From contig MU058781.1 in assembly GCA_013265495.1 (NCBI GenBank), forward strand, positions 4,279,050 through 4,343,049: a DNA stretch of 64,000 nucleotides, in the 5' to 3' direction. Made by a program: the position numbers and the translations under genes. Shown piece by piece: positions 62,310 through 64,000 of this stretch. Each line of letters begins with the position of its first letter. Positions within the stretch are counted from its first letter, which is position 1. The notes beneath the pieces were generated by a model. The model was not told the origin of the DNA. It worked only from the letters and a program-made list of their open reading frames with translations, and did not search any database. The stretch comes from Vicugna vicugna (lineage: Eukaryota).

Positions 62310-62910
62310 TATACTGTTAGATATTTGGTTTTTTTCCCCCTTCCTACTTTCTTGGGGGTTTCATTCTGCTGTTCTTTTTTACGTCTTAAGTGTAATTCTT
62401 GGCTCAATAATTTTGATCTTGCTTTTCTAATACAGGCATTAATTTAAGTATATTCAGTCCCAGGTATTTTCAAATTTTCATTAGGATTTCTTTTTTAACC
62501 CATAAGTTATTTGGAAGCATGTGTGTATCCTACATGTATATGTTTAATATCCAAGTGAATGGAGATTTTCTGTATTTTATTTAACATTATTGATAACTCA
62601 ACTTATTTGTGGTTCGAGACCATAATGTGGGTGAGTACAATATTTTGGAACTGAGTTTTATGGCCCAGCATTTGAACAATCTGCATTAATGTTTCGTGTG
62701 TTTTGAAAAATAAGGTTATTTTCTCCTACAGCTTTGTGCCACGTTCTAAGCAGGTCCATTTGATCAAGGTTGTTAATTGTGCTGATCAAATCTTCTACAT
62801 CCCTTCTTCTGAATGAGTTATTATTTGTTTTTCTCTTCCACTTATGGACTCTAGTTTCTTGAAAGCTAAAGGTCTTCTACTCGTTAGTGTTTACTTTTCC
62901 TTTTAAATAA
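62310..62910 (-). mobile_element. Old L1M ORF2 fragment
   Basis: gatttcttttttaacccataagttatttggaag...gttttatggcccagcat...aatgtttcgtgtgttttgaaaaataa...gttgttaattgtgctgatcaaatcttctacatcc. Confidence 0.7.
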
Positions 62911-63499
62911 GGCAAGAACCTTATCTTTCTTTAACAGTGATCGAGGCTCTCCCATCTCACGTACCGCTGTTCTGTAATACACAAATATTATATAAATGCT
63001 AAACATAATAGCAAATATACCCAGTGGTGATTCTAACACAGCATTTCTTCAAATTACACTTTTGTGTGTGTGGAATTTTTTTAGCCCACAAATGTAGCGT
63101 GAATTCGGACTGAAAGCACACATGAGGGTTGGCTTCTGGTTATGGGGTCTCATGGGGAGCGCAGGACCTGGGTCCTCCACCCAGCACCTAGGGTTGAGAC
63201 AGACAAGTTTGCTAGCTGTCCCCTTCTGTGTGGTGGAGTCTATTTCCCATCAGTCTAACAGGGGTAGTACTTTGGGATCCCAGCTTAGCACGGATGGGGA
63301 AGACGTGGCTGGGGTTGACGGTGGTTTCTATTCTATTCCTCACAATGAGAAAGCCCTAGATTTTATGTCCTGCTCCACACACCCTGTAAGGCCATGAAAG
63401 CCAGCCCTTAAGATCACAGGTCATCGAGGCTTAGCGGTAAGTCCTGGGGAGATTTGTTACTCACCTACTTTCTAGTGTCAATTCTTTTATTTTGTTTAA

Positions 63500-63866
63500 A
63501 ACTCTACAACCTGAGGAAAATCCTCAGAGAAACCCAACGTGAAGGGCATTCTTCAAAACAGTCCAAGCTGATGAAAGACAAGGGAAGACTGAGAAACGTT
63601 CTGGACCAGAGGAGACTAAATTGACGTGACAACTTAATGCACTGCATTACCTGGGCTGGATTCTAGAACAGGAGGAGCTGGTCCACGCTGCATGAAGCCT
63701 GGAGTTTGGCGCATAGCTATGTACCAATGTTACTAACTTAGTTGTGACAAATGTACCATAAGGAAGAGGATAACCTGAGAGAAAACTGACACTGGGACTC
63801 TGTATCAGCTTTCCAACTTTTCTATAAATCGAAAATTACTCCAAAACAACAAGCTTATTTAAAAAG
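63500..63866 (+). mobile_element. L1MC/MD 3' end
   Basis: aaacccaacgtgaagggcattcttcaaaa...aaagacaagggaagactgagaaac...gaggagactaaattgacgtgacaacttaatgca...gtaccaatgtta...caacttttctataaatcgaaaattactccaaaa. Confidence 0.8.
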
Positions 63867-64000
63867 GAACCTTTGATGATGTCTTGCTGCCATTCCAGCT
63901 CAGAAGCACCCTTAAAAAACTGTCCCTCCCTGCCATAACCACCGGAAACAAAGCCCCCTGGGGGAGAAGAGATCAGAATCACAATAACCAAATGAGGCCA

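Noticed and set aside
1..64000. CRISPR arrays, operons, tRNA/rRNA genes or prokaryotic defence systems
   Set aside because: The sequence is mammalian; no regularly spaced repeat-spacer array or structural RNA gene was recognised

Overview
Mammalian (eutherian) non-coding DNA: 64 kb of intergenic or deep-intronic sequence with no recognisable protein-coding exon, RNA gene or CRISPR-like array. Nothing here supports a new gene system. A large part of the window is transposon fossil: many MIR and L2 copies, old L1M fragments, MaLR/ERVL LTRs (MLT1, MLT2, LTR16, LTR47, MER21, MER74), a Gypsy-type MamGypLTR1 and hAT MITEs (MER3, MER5, MER20, MER45A, MER58A, MER63). Younger L1 3' ends and the absence of Alu, B1/B2, BovB/Bov-tA, PRE-1 and CAN-SINE point to an artiodactyl, most likely a camelid (inference). 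The most notable items are: two small non-TE retro-insertions with target-site duplications (9247-9538, possibly 5'-inverted; 13279-13551, splitting an MLT2B LTR); a two-LTR ERVL (LTR16A/ERV3-16A3-like) proviral fossil; a long CR1/L3 fossil with endonuclease and RT motifs still readable; an inverted pair of young L1 ends; a probably spurious 135-N gap; and several repeat-free islands dense in homeodomain/TALE/SOX motifs that may be developmental enhancers. All repeat family names come from my recall of consensus sequences, not from a database search, and most boundaries are approximate.
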